DNA from: Eledone cirrhosa
Lineage: Eukaryota
Assembly: GCA_964016885.1 (NCBI GenBank)
Contig: OZ024743.1
Coordinates: 375,410,001-375,474,000, forward strand
DNA length: 64,000 nt
Direction: 5' to 3'
In this document: positions 1-15,894 of the stretch, piece by piece
Layout: every line of letters starts with the position of its first letter
Numbering within the stretch: the first letter of the stretch is position 1
Program-made: the position numbers and the translations under genes
Notes under the pieces: model-generated
The model's database searches: none
Told to the model about the DNA's origin: nothing
Seen by the model: the letters and a program-made list of their open reading frames with translations, nothing else

Positions 1-3000
1 ACTCTATAAAATGTCCACACCACCACCAAGTCACATTAACTCTATAAAATGTCTACACCACCACCAAGACACATTAACTCTATAAAATGTCTACACCACC
101 ACCAAGACACATTTACTCTATAAATTGTCTACACCACCACCAAGACACATTCACACTATAAAATGTCTACACCACCACCAAGACACATTAACTCTATAAA
201 ATGTCCACACCACCACCAAGACACATTAACTCTATAAAATGTTTACACCACAACCAAGACACATTAACTCTATAAAATGTCCACACCACCGCCAAGACAC
301 ATTAACTCTATAAAATGTCTACACCACCACCAAGACACATTAACTCTATAAAATGTCCACACCACCACCAAGACACATTCACTCTATAAAATATCTACAC
401 CACAACCAAGACACATTAACTCTATAAAATGTCTACACCACCACCAAGACACATTCACTCTATAAAATGTCTACACCACCACCAAGACACATTCACTCTA
501 TAAAATATCTACACCACAACCAAGACACATTAACTCTATAAAATGTCTACACCACCACCAAGACACATTAACTCTATAAAATGTCTACACCACCACCAAG
601 ACACATTCACTCTATAAAATGTTTACACCACCACCAAGACACATTAACTCTATAAATTGTCTACACCACCACCAAGACACATTCACACTATAAAATGTCT
701 ACACCACCACCAAGACACATTCACACTATAAAACGTCTACACCACCACCAAGACACATTAACTCTATAAAATGTTTACACCACCAAGTCACATTAACTCT
801 ATAAAATGTCTACACCACCACCAAGACACATTAACTCTATAAAATGTCTACACCACCACCAAGACACATTTCCTCTATAAATTGTCTACACCACCACCAA
901 GACACATTCACACTATAAAATGTCTACACCACCACCAAGACACGTTCACTCTATAAAATGTCTACACCACCACCAAGACACATTCACTTTACAAAATGTC
1001 CATACCACCACCAAGACACATTAACTCTATAAAATGTCCACAGCACCACCAAGACACATTAACTCTATAAAATGTTTACACCACCACCAAGTCACATTAA
1101 CTCTATAAACTGTCTAGACCACCACCAAGACACATTAACTCTATAAAATGTCTACACCACCACCAAGACACATTCACATTATAAAATGTCTACACCACCA
1201 CCAAGACACGTTCACTCTATAAAATGTCTACACCACCACCAAGACACACTCACTTTACAAAATGTCCATACCACCACCAAGACACATTAACTCTATAAAA
1301 TGTCTACACCACCACCAAGACACATTAACTCTATAAAATGTTTACACCACCACCAAGACACATTAACTCTCTAAAATGTTTACACCACCACCAAGACACA
1401 TTAACTCTATAAAATGTTTACACCACCACCAAGTCACATTAACTCTATAAACTGGGTAGACCACCACCAAGACACATTAACTCTATAAAATGTCTACACC
1501 ACCACCAAGACACATTCACACTATAAAATGTCTACACCACCACCAAGACACATTCACACTATAAAATGTCTAGACCACCACCAAGACACATTAACTCTAT
1601 AAAATGTCCACACCACAACCAAGACACATTCACTCTATAAAATATCTACACCACCACCAAGACACATTCACACTATAAAATGTCTAGACCACCACCAAGA
1701 CACATTTACTCCATAAAATGTCCACACCACAACCAAGACACATTCACTCTATAAAATGTCTACACCACCACCAAGACACATTCACTCTATAAAATGTCCA
1801 CACCACAACCAGTACACATTCACTCTATAAAATGTCTAGACCACCACCAAGACACATTATCTCTATAAAATGTCCACACCACAACCAAGACACATTCACT
1901 CTATAAAATGTCTACACCACCACCAAGAAACATTCACACTATAAAATGTCTACACCACAACCAAGACACATTCACTCTATAAAATGTCTACACCACCACC
2001 AAGACACATTCACTCTACAAAATATCCACACCACCACCAAGACACATTAACTCTATAAAATGTCCACACCACCACCAAGACACATTAACTCTATAAAATG
2101 TTTACAGGACCACCAAGACACATTAACTCTATAAAATGTTTACACCACCACCAAGACACATTAACTCTATAAAATGTTTACACCACCACCAAGTCACATT
2201 AACTCTATAAAATGTTTACACCACCACCAAGACACATTAACTCTATAAAATGTCCACACCACAACCAAGACACATTCACTCTATAAAATATCTACACCAC
2301 CACCAAGACACATTCACACTATAAAATGTCTAGACCACCACCAAGACACATGTACTCCATAAAATGTCCACACCACAACCAAGACACATTCACTCTATAA
2401 AATGTCTACACCACCACCAAGACACATTCACTCTATAAAATGTCCACACCACAACCAGTACACATTCACTCTATAAAATGTCTAGACCACCACCAAGACA
2501 CATTATCTCTATAAAATGTCCACACCACAACCAAGACACATTCACTCTATAAAATGTCTACACCACCACCAAGACACATTAACTCTATAAATTGTCTACA
2601 CCACCACCAAGACACATTCACACTATAAAATGTCTACACCACCACCAAGACACATTAACTCTATAAATTGTCTACACCACCACCAAGACACATTCACACT
2701 ATAAAACGTCTACACCACCACCAAGACACATTAACTCTATAAAATGTTTACACCACCACCAAGTCACATTAACTCTATAAAATGTCTACACCACCACCAA
2801 GACACATTAACTCTATAAAATGTCTACACCACCACCAAGACACATTTCCTCTATAAATTGTCTACACCACCACCAAGACACATTCACACTATAAAATGTC
2901 TACACCACCACCAAGACACATTAACTCTATAAATTGTCTACACCACCACCAAGACACATTCACACTATAAAACGTCTACACCACCACCAAGACACATTAA

Positions 3001-6000
3001 CTCTATAAAATGTTTACACCACCACCAAGTCACATTAACTCTATAAAATGTCTACACCACCACCAAGACACATTAACTCTATAAAATGTCCACACCACCA
3101 CCAAGACACATTAACTATATAAAATGTCTACACCACCACCAAGACACATTAAGTCTATAAAATGTTTACACCACCACCAAGTCACATTAACTCTATAAAA
3201 TGTCTACACCACAACCAAGACACATTAACTCTATAAAATGTCTACACCACCACCAAGACACATTCACTCTATAAAATGTCCACACCACAACCAAGACACA
3301 TTAACTCTATAAAATGTCCACACCACCACCAAGACACATTAACTCTATAAAATGTCTACACCACCACCAAGACACATTAACTCTATAAAATGTTTACACC
3401 ACCACCAAGTCACATTAACTCTATAAAATGTCTACACCACAACCAAGACACATTAACTCTATAAAATGTCTACACCACCACCAAGACACATTAACTCTAT
3501 AAAATGTCCACACCACCACCAAGACACATTAACTTTATAAAATGTCTACACCACCACCAAGACACATTAACTCTATAAAATGTCTACACCACCATCAAGA
3601 CACATTAACTCTATAAAATGTTTACACCACCACCAAGTCACATTAACTCTATAAAATGTCTACACCACCACCAAGACACTTTAACTCTATAAAATGTTTA
3701 CACCACCACCAAGTCACATTAACTCTATAAAATGTCTACACCACCACCCAGACACATTAACTCTATAAAATGTCTACACCACCACCAAGACACATTAACT
3801 CTATAAAATGTCCACACCACCACCAAGACACATTAACTCTATAAAATGTCTACACCACCACCAAGACACATTAACTCTATAAAATGTCTACACCACCACC
3901 AACACACATTAACTCCATAAAATGTCTACACCACCACCAAGACACATTAACTCTATAAAATGTCCACACCACAACCAAGACACATTAACTCTATAAAATG
4001 TTTACACCACCACCAAGTCACATTAACTCTATAAAATGTCTACACCACCACCAAGTCACATTAACTCTATAAAATGTCTACACCACCACCAAGACACATT
4101 CACACTATAAAATGTCTAGACCACCACCAAGACACATTATCTCTATAAAATGTCCACACCACAACCAAGACACATTCACTCTATAAAATGTCTACACCAC
4201 CACCAAGAAACATTCACACTATAAAATGTCTACACCACAACCAAGACACATTCACTCTATAAAATGTCTACACCACCACCAAGACACATTCACTCTACAA
4301 AATATCCACACCACCACCAATACACATTAACTCTATAAAATGTCCACACCACCACCAAGACACATTAACTCTATAAAATGTTTACAGGACCACCAAGACA
4401 CATTAACTCTATAAAATGTTTACACCACCACCAAGACACATTAACTCTATAAAATGTTTACACCACCACCAAGTCACATTAACTCTATAAAATGTTTACA
4501 CCACCACCAAGACACATTAACTCTATAAAATGTCCACACCACAACCAAGACACATTCACTCTATAAAATATCTACACCACCACCAAGACACATTCACACT
4601 ATAAAATGTCTAGACCACCACCAAGACACATGTACTCCATAAAATGTCCACACCACAACCAAGACACATTCACTCTATAAAATGTCTACACCACCACCAA
4701 GACACATTCACTCTATAAAATGTCCACACCACAACCAGTACACATTCACTCTATAAAATGTCTAGACCACCACCAAGACACATTATCTCTATAAAATGTC
4801 CACACCACAACCAAGACACATTCACTCTATAAAATGTCTACACCACCACCAAGACACATTAACTCTATAAATTGTCTACACCACCACCAAGACACATTCA
4901 CACTATAAAATGTCTACACCACCACCAAGACACATTAACTCTATAAATTGTCTACACCACCACCAAGACACATTCACACTATAAAACGTCTACACCACCA
5001 CCAAGACACATTAACTCTATAAAATGTTTACACCACCACCAAGTCACATTAACTCTATAAAATGTCTACACCACCACCAAGACACATTAACTCTATAAAA
5101 TGTCTACACCACCACCAAGACACATTTCCTCTATAAATTGTCTACACCACCACCAAGACACATTCACACTATAAAATGTCTACACCACCACCAAGACACA
5201 TTAACTCTATAAATTGTCTACACCACCACCAAGACACATTCACACTATAAAACGTCTACACCACCACCAAGACACATTAACTCTATAAAATGTTTACACC
5301 ACCACCAAGTCACATTAACTCTATAAAATGTCTACACCACCACCAAGACACATTAACTCTATAAAATGTCCACACCACCACCAAGACACATTAACTATAT
5401 AAAATGTCTACACCACCACCAAGACACATTAAGTCTATAAAATGTTTACACCACCACCAAGTCACATTAACTCTATAAAATGTCTACACCACAACCAAGA
5501 CACATTAACTCTATAAAATGTCTACACCACCACCAAGACACATTCACTCTATAAAATGTCCACACCACAACCAAGACACATTAACTCTATAAAATGTCCA
5601 CACCACCACCAAGACACATTAACTCTATAAAATGTCTACACCACCACCAAGACACATTAACTCTATAAAATGTTTACACCACCACCAAGTCACATTAACT
5701 CTATAAAATGTCTACACCACAACCAAGACACATTAACTCTATAAAATGTCTACACCACCACCAAGACACATTAACTCTATAAAATGTCCACACCACCACC
5801 AAGACACATTAACTTTATAAAATGTCTACACCACCACCAAGACACATTAACTCTATAAAATGTCTACACCACCATCAAGACACATTAACTCTATAAAATG
5901 TTTACACCACCACCAAGTCACATTAACTCTATAAAATGTCTACACCACCACCAAGACACTTTAACTCTATAAAATGTTTACACCACCACCAAGTCACATT

Positions 6001-9000
6001 AACTCTATAAAATGTCTACACCACCACCCAGACACATTAACTCTATAAAATGTCTACACCACCACCAAGACACATTAACTCTATAAAATGTCCACACCAC
6101 CACCAAGACACATTAACTCTATAAAATGTCTACACCACCACCAAGACACATTAACTCTATAAAATGTCTACACCACCACCAACACACATTAACTCCATAA
6201 AATGTCTACACCACCACCAAGACACATTAACTCTATAAAATGTCCACACCACAACCAAGACACATTAACTCTATAAAATGTTTACACCACCACCAAGTCA
6301 CATTAACTCTATAAAATGTCTACACCACCACCAAGTCACATTAACTCTATAAAATGTCTACACCACCACCAAGACACATTCACACTATAAAATGTCTACA
6401 CCACCACCAAGACACATTAACTCTATAAAATGTTTACACCACCACCAAGACACATTAACTCTATAAAATGTCCACACCACCACCAAGACACATTAACTCT
6501 ATAAAATGTTTACACCACCACCAAGACACATTACCTCTATAAAATGTCCACACCACCACCAAGACACATTAACTCTATAAAATGTTTACACCACCACCAA
6601 GACACATTAACTCTATAAAATGTCCACACCACCACCAAGACACATTAACTCTATAAAATGTCCACACCACCACCAAATCACATTAACTCTATAAAATGTC
6701 TACACCACCACCAAGACACATTCACTATATAAAATGTCCACACCACCACCAAGACACATTAACTCTATAAAATGTCTACACCACAACCAAGACACATTAA
6801 CTCTATAAAATGTCCACACCACCACCAAGTCACATTAACTCTATAAAATGTCTACACCACCACCAAGACACATTAACTCTATAAAATGTCTACACCACCA
6901 CCAAGACACATTTACTCTATAAATTGTCTACACCACCACCAAGACACATTCACACTATAAAATGTCTACACCACCACCAAGACACATTAACTCTATAAAA
7001 TGTCCACACCACCACCAAGACACATTAACTCTATAAAATGTTTACACCACAACCAAGACACATTAACTCTATAAAATGTCCACACCACCACCAAGACACA
7101 TTAACTCTATAAAATGTCTACACCACCACCAAGACACATTAACTCTATAAAATGTCCACACCACCACCAAGACACATTAACTCTATAAAATGTCTACACC
7201 ACCACCAAGACACATTAACTCTATAAAATGTCCACACCACCACCAAGACACATTAACTCTATAAAATGTCCACACCACCACCAAGACACATTCACTCTAT
7301 AAAATATCTACACCACAACCAAGACACATTAACTCTATAAAATGTCTACACCACCACCAAGACACATTCACTCTATAAAATGTCTACACCACCACCAAGA
7401 CACATTCACTCTATAAAATATCTACACCACAACCAAGACACATTAACTCTATAAAATGTCTACACCACCACCAAGACACATTAACTCTATAAAATGTCTA
7501 CACCACCACCAAGACACATTCACTCTATAAAATGTTTACACCACCACCAAGACACATTAACTCTATAAATTGTCTACACCACCACCAAGACACATTCACA
7601 CTATAAAATGTCTACACCACCACCAAGACACATTAACTCTATAAATTGTCTACACCACCACCAAGACACATTCACACTATAAAACGTCTACACCACCACC
7701 AAGACACATTAACTCTATAAAATGTTTACACCACCACCAAGTCACATTAACTCTATAAAATGTCTACACCACCACCAAGACACATTAACTCTATAAAATG
7801 TCTACACCACCACCAAGACACATTTCCTCTATAAATTGTCTACACCACCACCAAGACACATTCACACTATAAAATGTCTACACCACCACCAAGACACGTT
7901 CACTCTATAAAATGTCTACACCGCCACCAAGACACATTCACTTTACAAAATGTCCATACCACCACCAAGACACATTAACTCTATAAAATGTCCACACCAC
8001 CACCAAGACACATTAACTCTATAAAATGTTTACACCACCACCAAGTCACATTAACTCTATAAACTGTCTAGACCACCACCAAGACACATTAACTCTATAA
8101 AATGTCTACACCACCACCAAGACACATTCACATTATAAAATGTCTACACCACCAAGACACGTTCACTCTATAAAATGTCTACACCACCACCAAGACACAT
8201 TCACTTTACAAAATGTCCATACCACCACCAAGACACATTAACTCTATAAAATGTCTACACCACCACCAAGACACATTAACTCTATAAAATGTTTACACCA
8301 CCACCAAGACACATTAACTCTCTAAAATGTTTACACCACCACCAAGACACATTAACTCTATAAAATGTTTACACCACCACCAAGTCACATTAACTCTATA
8401 AACTGTGTAGACCACCACCAAGACACATTAACTCTATAAAATGTCTACACCACCACCAAGACACATTCACACTATAAAATGTCTACACCACCACCAAGAC
8501 ACATTCACACTATAAAATGTCTAGACCACCACCAAGACACATTAACTCTATAAAATGTCCACACCACAACCAAGACACATTCACTCTATAAAATATCTAC
8601 ACCACCACCAAGACACATTCACACTATAAAATGTCTAGACCACCACCAAGACACATTTACTCCATAAAATGTCCACACCACAACCAAGACACATTCACTC
8701 TATAAAATGTCTACACCACCACCAAGACACATTCACTCTATAAAATGTCCACACCACAACCAGTACACATTCACTCTATAAAATGTCTACACCACCACCA
8801 AGACACATTCACTCTACAAAATATCCACACCACCACCAAGACACATTAACTCTATAAAATGTCCACACCACCACCAAGACACATTAACTCTATAAAATGT
8901 TTACACGACCACCAAGACACATTAACTCTATAAAATGTTTACACCACCACCAAGACACATTAACTCTATAAAATGTTTACACCACCACCAAGTCACATTA

Positions 9001-12000
9001 ACTCTATAAAATGTTTACACCACCACCAAGACACATTAACTCTATAAAATGTCCACACCACAACCAAGACACATTCACTCTATAAAATATCTACACCACC
9101 ACCAAGACACATTCACACTATAAAATGTCTAGACCACCACCAAGACACATGTACTCCATAAAATGTCCACACCACAACCAAGACACATTCACTCTATAAA
9201 ATGTCCACACCACAACCAGTACACATTCACTCTATAAAATGTCTAGACCACCACCAAGACACATTATCTCTATAAAATGTCCACACCACAACCAAGACAC
9301 ATTCACTCTATAAAATGTCTACACCACCACCAAGACACATTAACTCTATAAATTGTCTACACCACCACCAAGACACATTCACACTATAAAATGTCTACAC
9401 CACCACCAAGACACATTAACTCTATAAATTGTCTACACCACCACCAAGACACATTCACACTATAAAACGTCTACACCACCACCAAGACACATTAACTCTA
9501 TAAAATGTTTACACCACCACCAAGTCACATTAACTCTATAAAATGTCTACACCACCACCAAGACACATTAACTCTATAAAATGTCTACACCACCACCAAG
9601 ACAGATTTCCTCTATAAATTGTCTACACCACCACCAAGACACATTCACACTATAAAATGTCTACACCACCACCAAGACACGTTCACTCTATAAAATGTCT
9701 ACACCACCACCAAGACACATTCACTTTACAAAATGTCCATACCACCACCAAGACACATTAACTCTATAAAATGTCCACAGCACCACCAAGACACATTAAC
9801 TCTATAAAATGTTTACACCACCACCAAGTCACATTAACTCTATAAACTGTCTAGACCACCACCAAGACACATTAACTCTATAAAATGTCTACATCACCAC
9901 CAAGACACATTCACACTATAAAATGTCTACACCACCACCAAGACACGTTCACTCTATAAAATGTCTACACCACCACCAAGACACATTCACTTTACAAAAT
10001 GTCCATACCACCACCAAGACACATTAACTCTCTAAAATGTCTACACCACCACCAAGACACATTAACTCTATAAAATGTTTACACCACCACCAAGACACAT
10101 TAACTCTCTAAAATGTTTACACCACCACCAAGACACATTAACTCTCTAAAATGTTTACACCACCACCAAGACACATTAACTCTATAAAATGTCCACACCA
10201 CCACCAAGACACATTAACTCTATAAAATGTCCACACCACCACCAAGACACATTAACTCTATAAAATGTCTACACCACAACCAAGACACCTTAACTCTATA
10301 AAATGTCCACACCACCACCAAGTCACATTAACTCTATAAAATGTCTACACCACCACCAAGACACATTAACTCTATAAAATGTTTACACCACCACCAAGTC
10401 ACATTAACTCTATAAACTGTGTAGACCACCACCAAGACACATTAACTCTATAAAATGTCTACACCACCACCAAGACACATTCACACTATAAAATGTCTAC
10501 ACCACCACCAAGACACATTCACACTATAAAATGTCTAGACCACCACCAAGACACATTAACTCTATAAAATGTCCACACCACAACCAAGACACATTCACTC
10601 TATAAAATATCTACACCACCACCAAGACACATTCACACTATAAAATGTCTAGACCACCACCAAGACACATTTACTCCATAAAATGTCCACACCACAACCA
10701 AGACACATTCACTCTATAAAATGTCTACACCACCACCAAGACACATTCACTCTATAAAATGTCCACACCACAACCAGTACACATTCACTCTATAAAATGT
10801 CTAGACCACCACCAAGACACATTATCTCTATAAAATGTCCACACCACAACCAAGACACATTCACTCTATAAAATGTCTACACCACCACCAAGAAACATTC
10901 ACACTATAAAATGTCTACACCACAACCAAGACACATTCACTCTATAAAATGTCTACACCACCACCAAGACACATTCACTCTACAAAATATCCACACCACC
11001 ACCAAGACACATTAACTCTATAAAATGTCCACACCACCACCAAGACACATTAACTCTATAAAATGTTTACACGACCACCAAGACACATTAACTCTATAAA
11101 ATGTTTACACCACCACCAAGACACATTAACTCTATAAAATGTTTACACCACCACCAAGACACATTAACTCTATAAAATGTTTACACCACCACCAAGACAC
11201 ATTAACTCTATAAAATGTTTACATCACCACCAAGTCACATTAACTCTATAAAATGTCTACACCACAACCAAGACACATTAACTCTATAAAATGTCTACAC
11301 CACAACCAAGACACCTTAACTCTATAAAATGTCCACACCACCACCAAGTCACATTAACTCTATAAAATGTCTACACCACAACCAAGACACATTAACTCTA
11401 TAAAATGTCCACACCACCACCAAGACACATTAACTCTATAAAATGTCTACACCACAACCAAGACACCTTAACTCTATAAAATGTCCACACCACCACCAAG
11501 TCACATTAACTCTATAAAATGTCTACACCACAACCAAGACACATTAACTCTATAAAATGTCCACACCACCACCAAGACACATTAACTCTATAAAATGTCT
11601 ACACCACCACCAAGACACATTAACTCTATAAAATGTCTACACCACCACCAAGACACATTAACTCTATAAAATGTCCACACCACCACCAAGACACATTAAC
11701 TCTATAACATCTTTACACCACCACCAAGACACATTAACTCTATAAAATGTCCACACCACCACCAAGACACATTAACTCTATAAAATGTCTACACCACCAC
11801 CAAGACACATTAACTCTATAAAATGTCCACACCACCACCAAGACACATTAACTCTATAAAATGTTTACACCACCCCCAAGACACATTAACTCTATAAAAT
11901 GTCCACACCACCACCAAGACACATTAACTCTATAAAATGTTTACACCACCACCAAGACACATTAACTCTATAAAATGTCCACACCACCACCAAGACACAT

Positions 12001-13135
12001 TAACTCTATAAAATGTCTACACCACCACCAAGACACATTAACTCTATAAAATTTCTACACCACCACCAAGACACATTAACTCTATAAAATGTCCACACCA
12101 CCACCAAGACACATTAACTCTATAAAATGTCTACACCACCACCAAGACACATTAACTCTATAAAATGTCCACACCACCACCAAGACACATTAACTCTATA
12201 AAATGTCCATACCACCACCAAGACACATTAACTCTATAAAATGTCCACACCACCACCAAGACACATTAACTCTATAAAATGTTTACACCACCTCCAAGAC
12301 ACATTAACTCTATAAAATGTCTACACCACTACCAAGACACATTAACTCTATAAAATGTCTACACCACCACCAAGACACATTCACTCTATAAAATGTCTAC
12401 ACCACCACCAAGACACATTAACTCTATAAAATGTCTACACCACCACCAAGACACATTAACTCTATAAAATGTCTACACCACAACCAAGACACATTCACTC
12501 TATAAAATGTCTACACCACAACCAAGACACATTAACTCTTTAAAATGTCTACACCACCACCAAGACACATTAACTCTATAAAATGTCTACACCACAACCA
12601 AGACTCATTAACTCTATAAAATGTCTCCACCACCACCAAGACACATTCACTCTATAAAATGTCTACACCACAACCAAGACACATTAACTCTATAAAATGT
12701 CTACACCACAACCAAGACACATTCACTCTATAAAATGTCTACACCACCACCAAGACACATTAACTCTATAAAATGTCTACCCCACCACCAAGACACATTA
12801 ACTCTATAACATGTCTACACCACAACCAAGACACATTAACTCTATAAAATGTCTACACCACCACCAAGACACATTAACTCTATAAAATGTCTACACCACC
12901 ACCAAGACACATTCACTCTATAAAATGTCTACACCACCACCAAGACACATTAACTCTATAAAATGTCTACACCACCACCAAGACACATTAACTCTATAAA
13001 ATGTCTACACCACCACCAAGACATATTCACTCTATAAAATGTCTACACCACAACCAAGACACATTAACTCTATAAAATGTCTACACCACCACCAAGACAC
13101 ATTCACACTATAAAATGTTTACACCACCACTACCA
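1..13135. repeat. 38-bp tandem satellite array (~345 monomers, open at the left edge), consensus ACTCTATAAAATGTCTACACCACCACCAAGACACATTA
   Basis: Continuous head-to-tail 38-nt units with few variant positions. Two 35-bp monomers lacking one CAC (~770-790, ~8140-8155). Degenerate monomers at ~13115-13240. Confidence 0.98.
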
Positions 13136-13802
13136 AAATACATCCACTTTACAAAACGTCCACATCGCCACTGGGGCATGTTCACTCTACAGAATGCCTA
13201 TATTACTTCCAAGACACATACGTTCCTCAAAATGTCCAAATCAACGAGAAATAACAAAAAAAAAACCTGCAGTGATGTTGAAAAAGAATTTAACTTCTAA
13301 ATCTGAAAGAATCCAGGACGATTCAGAGATCCATCGAAGATCTGAAAAGGCAAATAAAATGTTTCTACTCGAGTCAAATATAAGGTACTACAACACTAGC
13401 CTACTTTTGACAACGTGTTCTTGACAAGGGAGCCTCTACACACCTATGCAGCTTGCTAGAAATATCAGCCAATCCTCCTTCAAACATTTGAAAATGATAC
13501 TTTTGGAACTCGGGTAGCAGAGAGTCGGAAAAAATACTGCTAGGAATTCAAATCTGAAGATTATCTACAATATATATAATTGGCAATGAAATATAGGGTC
13601 GTTTCGTTTTACCCACAAATTGATGGATCCTATACACCTGGTGGAGTTGTAGGGGTGTCGTCGTGGTATACAGTGTTTGTTGGGTATTAAAACCCAGTGG
13701 AGCTGATTTCTTCCAGAGAAAGGAGAAGGAAAATGAAAGAGAGGTGAACAAAAGGTGTTTTTGAGGACTCTGCCCCTACGACCGTCTTGGTAATAAATGG
13801 GC

Positions 13803-13842
13803 GAAGAAGAAGAAGAAGAAGAAGAAGAAGAAGAAGAAGAAG

Positions 13843-13891
<49 letters not shown>

Positions 13892-13948
13892 GCAACAACA
13901 ACGACGACGACGACGACGACGACAACACAACAACAACAACAACAACAA
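13803..13948. repeat. Compound trinucleotide microsatellite (GAA)n(CAA)n(CGA)n
   Basis: Directly visible; explains the poly-R/T/C/S/V ORFs in the track. Confidence 0.95.
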
Positions 13949-14466
13949 AAGTACTTGACTGGTACTTTATTTGTCAACCTCGAAAGGAGGAAAGGCAAAG
14001 TTCACCTCAGCCTACCAATAGCAGGAACAAATATCGTAAAGCATTAAAATCTGTAGATTTTCCCCGAGAAATGGTTTTGGCAATAATATGTAGGGTCATT
14101 TCTTTTTACCTAGCAATCAATGTCTATTGAGATAATATCTGTTACCGAAGATAAAAAGAACTGTACGTATTATTCATTCTGGTTTTAATGAAAATGTATC
14201 TTTTGTGGCGACTACTCAGTGATACGGTGAAAATAAACTATATTTTAATCTTGTGTAAGGCTATTTATAAATTCGATTTATATGCTGCCAGACCGGAATA
14301 GAAAGAAAGTACAGATAACACGTGAAGAGAAGGAGAATGACGAAAATGAAAGCAACAAATACAAAAAAGAAAGTTGTGAAGGGGGGATGGAAGAGATAGA
14401 GAGAATAATTGTGTTATATTAGTATATCCTCAGTATAATATAGGAATGAACGACCACAGCGTCAGA

Positions 14467-14517
<51 letters not shown>

Positions 14518-14529
<12 letters not shown>

Positions 14530-15260
14530 AAGAATCAAAGAACTGTTCAAAATATTTTTGTGCTTACAGCTGTTTCCTCCAAACCGAGGTTTGGATTCTT
14601 CGGAGCAATTTATTAATGAATGGACAGTTATATGACCTCCTTTTCACCCAAGAGACATACAGATACATATGCAAATATTGTGGGTCAACATTCATTACAG
14701 CATTTAGAGTGGCAGTACACACTTAGAGATTACATTCATATTAAAAGGTACAATCAAAAATCAAAAATACAGGTTAAAATACATGAAAATAAGCGGTTAT
14801 ATAGTGCAAATGTTATATGTGTGGCAAGCACGTGCGTCTTGTTTATATAGTGTGGCAGAGAGTTACGTGTAGTAGAAGCACTTAGGTAGGTAAACAAGAG
14901 TGTTAGGTTGGTTGATCTGGTGGCAAATTCTCTATATGATTGTTATAGTCTGTGTGTGGAGAAATGATATAAGCATTAAAAATAGTGCAAAATATGAATG
15001 TAATCTCTAAGTGTGTACTGCCACTCTAAATGCTGTAATGAATGTTGACCCACAATATTTGCATATGTATCTGTATGTCTCTTGGGTGAAAAGGAGGTCA
15101 TATAACTGTCCATTCATTAATAAATTGCTCCGAAGAATGCAAACCTCGGTTTGGAGGAAACAGTTGTAAGCTCAAAAATGTTTTGAACAGTTCTTTGATT
15201 CTTATATTTCATATAACTGCTCTGTAAATCATCTGATGTTTTTACATTGAGCTACTTAAC
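14518..15260. mobile_element. PLE pseudo-LTR remnant as an inverted repeat (arms 14518-14742 and 14991-15214), between (TA)n tracts
   Basis: ~225-bp near-identical reverse-complement arms, each with a hammerhead-like motif. A diverged homolog lies at ~56435-56870. Confidence 0.7.
14561..14607 (-). ncRNA. Minimal type-I hammerhead-like motif (CCGAAGA core variant)
   Basis: Minus strand: UGCU-CCGAAGA-a-UCCAAACC-uc-GGUUUGGA-g-GAAA-CAGCUG-UA-AGCA. Stems I and II and a palindromic stem III are present. Mirror copy at 15126-15171 (+). Confidence 0.6.
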
Positions 15261-15379
15261 TTACTGGTAATAAGGTAGTAATATATTACTGCCTACCACT
15301 ATTTAGGGTTTGTATATAAAAAAATATATATAACTGCAAAAGGTTTTTGTATTTACATAACCATAAATAGTATAATTTA

Positions 15380-15432
<53 letters not shown>

Positions 15433-15435
<3 letters not shown>

Positions 15436-15660
15436 AAGGCTGGTAAAATTCCCGAGATCCATGGACGAGTTCTCTTCAGCGGTCTCTGTCCCTCATTATC
15501 GCTGCCATGTCCTGCATCTCCAACAGACCAGTGTCTGTCCTGAGGGCATCAACATACGTTAACCTTGGTCTTCATCTTCTAGTGTGTCCATGTAGGGGCT
15601 CCCAAAGGAGTACTGAGTGCAATGTGAACTCTGGATGTCGGTGAGCATGTCCAGCTAACC
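15433..15660 (-). mobile_element. RTE-clade LINE 3' fragment (ORF C-terminus, decayed)
   Basis: Translation [11 protein letters not shown]...[27 protein letters not shown]...MRDRD matches the typical RTE C-terminal pattern; internal stops; bounded by (TA)n. Confidence 0.7.
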
Positions 15661-15721
15661 TAATATAAATATATATATATATATATATATTTATATTAGA
15701 AAATAGAAAATAGAATATTTG

Positions 15722-15826
<105 letters not shown>

Positions 15827-15831
15827 ATATG

Positions 15832-15886
<55 letters not shown>

Positions 15887-15894
15887 GTTATTCC

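Noticed and set aside
1-13135. CRISPR array or coding repeat (MSTPPPRH...)
   Set aside because: Units are contiguous with no unique spacers and no cas genes; 38 is not a multiple of 3 and stops recur throughout.
13077-14047. Short ORFs at the satellite edge and poly-amino-acid ORFs
   Set aside because: They derive from satellite monomers and trinucleotide microsatellites; no domain signal.
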